Below are positions 62,331 to 64,000 of a DNA stretch of 64,000 nt, one piece after another. This DNA comes from Felis catus (lineage: Eukaryota). Made by a program: the position numbers and the translations under genes. The notes beneath the pieces are model-generated. The model was given only the letters and a program-made list of their open reading frames with translations. It had not been told where the DNA came from and did not search any database. How positions within the stretch are numbered: position 1 is the first letter of the stretch; every line of letters starts with the position of its first letter. The stretch spans positions 181,352,001 to 181,416,000 of the forward strand of contig NC_058368.1 of NCBI RefSeq assembly GCF_018350175.1, written 5' to 3'.

Positions 62331-62998
62331 CTCACTTACTGAATTAATGTAGCTACAATATACGTGTGGAATGATTGGGTGAAAGTGTAAAATTAGAAAT
62401 TGTTTCTGGCTGAAAATGTTGGATACTGAATAAAGTATACTCATGTTCATAATGTTTAGTTTAGTTTTTTTTTTTCCTTAATCGTCAAAAGGAAACAGGT
62501 TGCAAGCTCACCTGCTTTTATTTTTCTTGTTTCTGTTCTGTTATACATGCTTTTATAACACAGGAAGTTTAGGTATACTAGCATTTTAATTTGCTGGACG
62601 ATGCTTTGTAATCACTGATTAGAAAGAATACAAGGAGCCTTAGAAGTCTCTACGGTTCTGTCCAAATTCCCCTTTGCAAACTTCTGATATGATTTATAAT
62701 CCTCAGGTAATAAAGGAGCTTTCCTCAACTTTCTTCACAGCCAGCCTACTGAACCTCTTCATTCTCCATCTCTACCACTCCTGTGGGCAAGAACAAAAGC
62801 AGAAAAAAAAAAGCTAGGGAACAGAGAGGCCTTTTCATGCTCTTAATCAAAGGTCTGTAGCTGCCTGAACTTGGTCTACACTCCAAGCAGCTCTCCCAAG
62901 TAGGGACGGTCCAGATCAGCTGGCTATAGTGGCCAGCAAAAACAGAGGAACTACAAATTACTGCACCCACTCTATATCCTAGTTCTCCACTCTGACAA

Positions 62999-63035
62999 AA
63001 CAACAACAACAACAACAACAACAACAAAAACAAAA
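62999..63035. repeat. (CAA)n trinucleotide repeat
   Basis: About 8-9 CAA units followed by caaaa units. Confidence 0.9.
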
Positions 63036-63199
63036 GCACACACAGAAATCAAAAAGACTGACATCAGATGAGAGGGTGGAGAGATTATTGTGGGTGCAAG
63101 TACAAGTTTACATCTGTTGCAGTTTGGGAGTGGGGAGAAATGTATTGAAAACTCTTTAGGGGGCAGCACTGCATAGGTGTTGGCATTGGTAAGTTGGGG

Positions 63200-63360
63200 G
63201 TTAAAATTAAACTCCATCACTTGTGAATGTCAAGAAGTTACTTCACCTGATAAGCCTTCATTTCTTCATTTCTGAAGGTGAAGGGATCGTGATAGCTCCC
63301 CAGTTATGCTTGAGTTGACTCAGAGAGGTGCTGAACACAGCATGTGGCACACGGATCACA
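63200..63360 (+). mobile_element. MIR SINE, degenerate
   Basis: aagttacttcacctgataagccttcatttcttcatttctgaaggtg...gctgaacacagcatgtggcaca. Confidence 0.6.
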
Positions 63361-64000
63361 CCTCACTCCCGTATATGTGTTATTTGGTCCCTTAGATGAA
63401 TATACAGGATCAGAGCCTTTGTTATTAATAACCATTGGCGTTAAACTAGAGACTAATAATAGTTTTATTGGTTTGATTTGTAGGGATAATATAGGAAAAT
63501 AGCTGGGATAGAATTTGGAAGAGGAGAATTTGAGGCATGGCTTAACCTCTAAGTAGCTGTATTATGATTCACAAGTCTGTCTTCTAGTTTCAATTTCCTC
63601 ATCTTTATACCAAAGGGGTTAAAGCAATTGGTCTCATGTATAGCACTAATGTTTAACTCTCTTGGATAAGCCAGATTCTCTTACGTTGCATGCAAAATGA
63701 AATAGTGAGAATAATGGAGGTGGAAGGGAGAGGGCATGTTCACAAACAAGTGTCACACAGCAGAAGGGTGCTGGTCAACCATGTTAAAATAGGCAAGCAG
63801 TGTTCACAATAATTTGAGAGGCTCTAATTTGGCAACACACAAGTTGAATTTCTATTCAACAATGGATTTTGTCACCTTTCTCTTTTGTTACATTTTTAAC
63901 CTCTAAGCCCTCCACAAATTCTGATTTCAAAAGACAAAGAGGGCTTTGGTGACAACTGCAAAACGCTTGCAAATCAGAGCCTCAATTCAGTGCCTTTTTA

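Larger units (their letters stand above)
28199..64000 (-). other. TENM2: TENM2 intron upstream of the exon (continues beyond window end)
   Basis: Ends in a pyrimidine tract plus AG at 28199. The first coding exon (MDVKDRRHRSL..., from memory) is not seen in the window. Confidence 0.85.

Noticed and set aside
1..64000. CRISPR array, operon, prokaryotic defence system or endogenous viral ORF
   Set aside because: No regularly spaced direct repeats and no long non-L1 ORFs; the composition and repeats are those of a mammalian intron. Highly decayed viral remnants cannot be excluded without tBLASTn.

Overview
AT-rich mammalian genomic DNA from a cat-family (Felidae) genome, judged from its feline-type CAN-SINEs. 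The whole window appears to lie inside the teneurin-2 gene (TENM2), transcribed on the minus strand. Only one coding exon is visible: 27923-28198, 276 nt, phase 1/1, AG/GT-flanked, encoding part of the N-terminal intracellular domain. The rest is intron, containing about 12 CAN-SINEs (most with visible target-site duplications, TSDs), LINE-1 pieces of several ages, long L2 relics, MIRs, MaLR LTRs, hAT MITEs and microsatellites. Three of the L1s are 5'-inverted (twin-primed). The other ORF-track entries are repeat-derived or appear to be chance ORFs. I see no evidence of a new biological system. The best leads are a possible intronic stop plus poly(A) signal just after the exon (a putative short intracellular-only isoform), the three twin-primed L1s, an inverted SINE pair, a very young SINE and parallel microsatellite births at one L1 site. 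Repeat subfamily names come from recalled consensus sequences and need RepeatMasker/Dfam confirmation.
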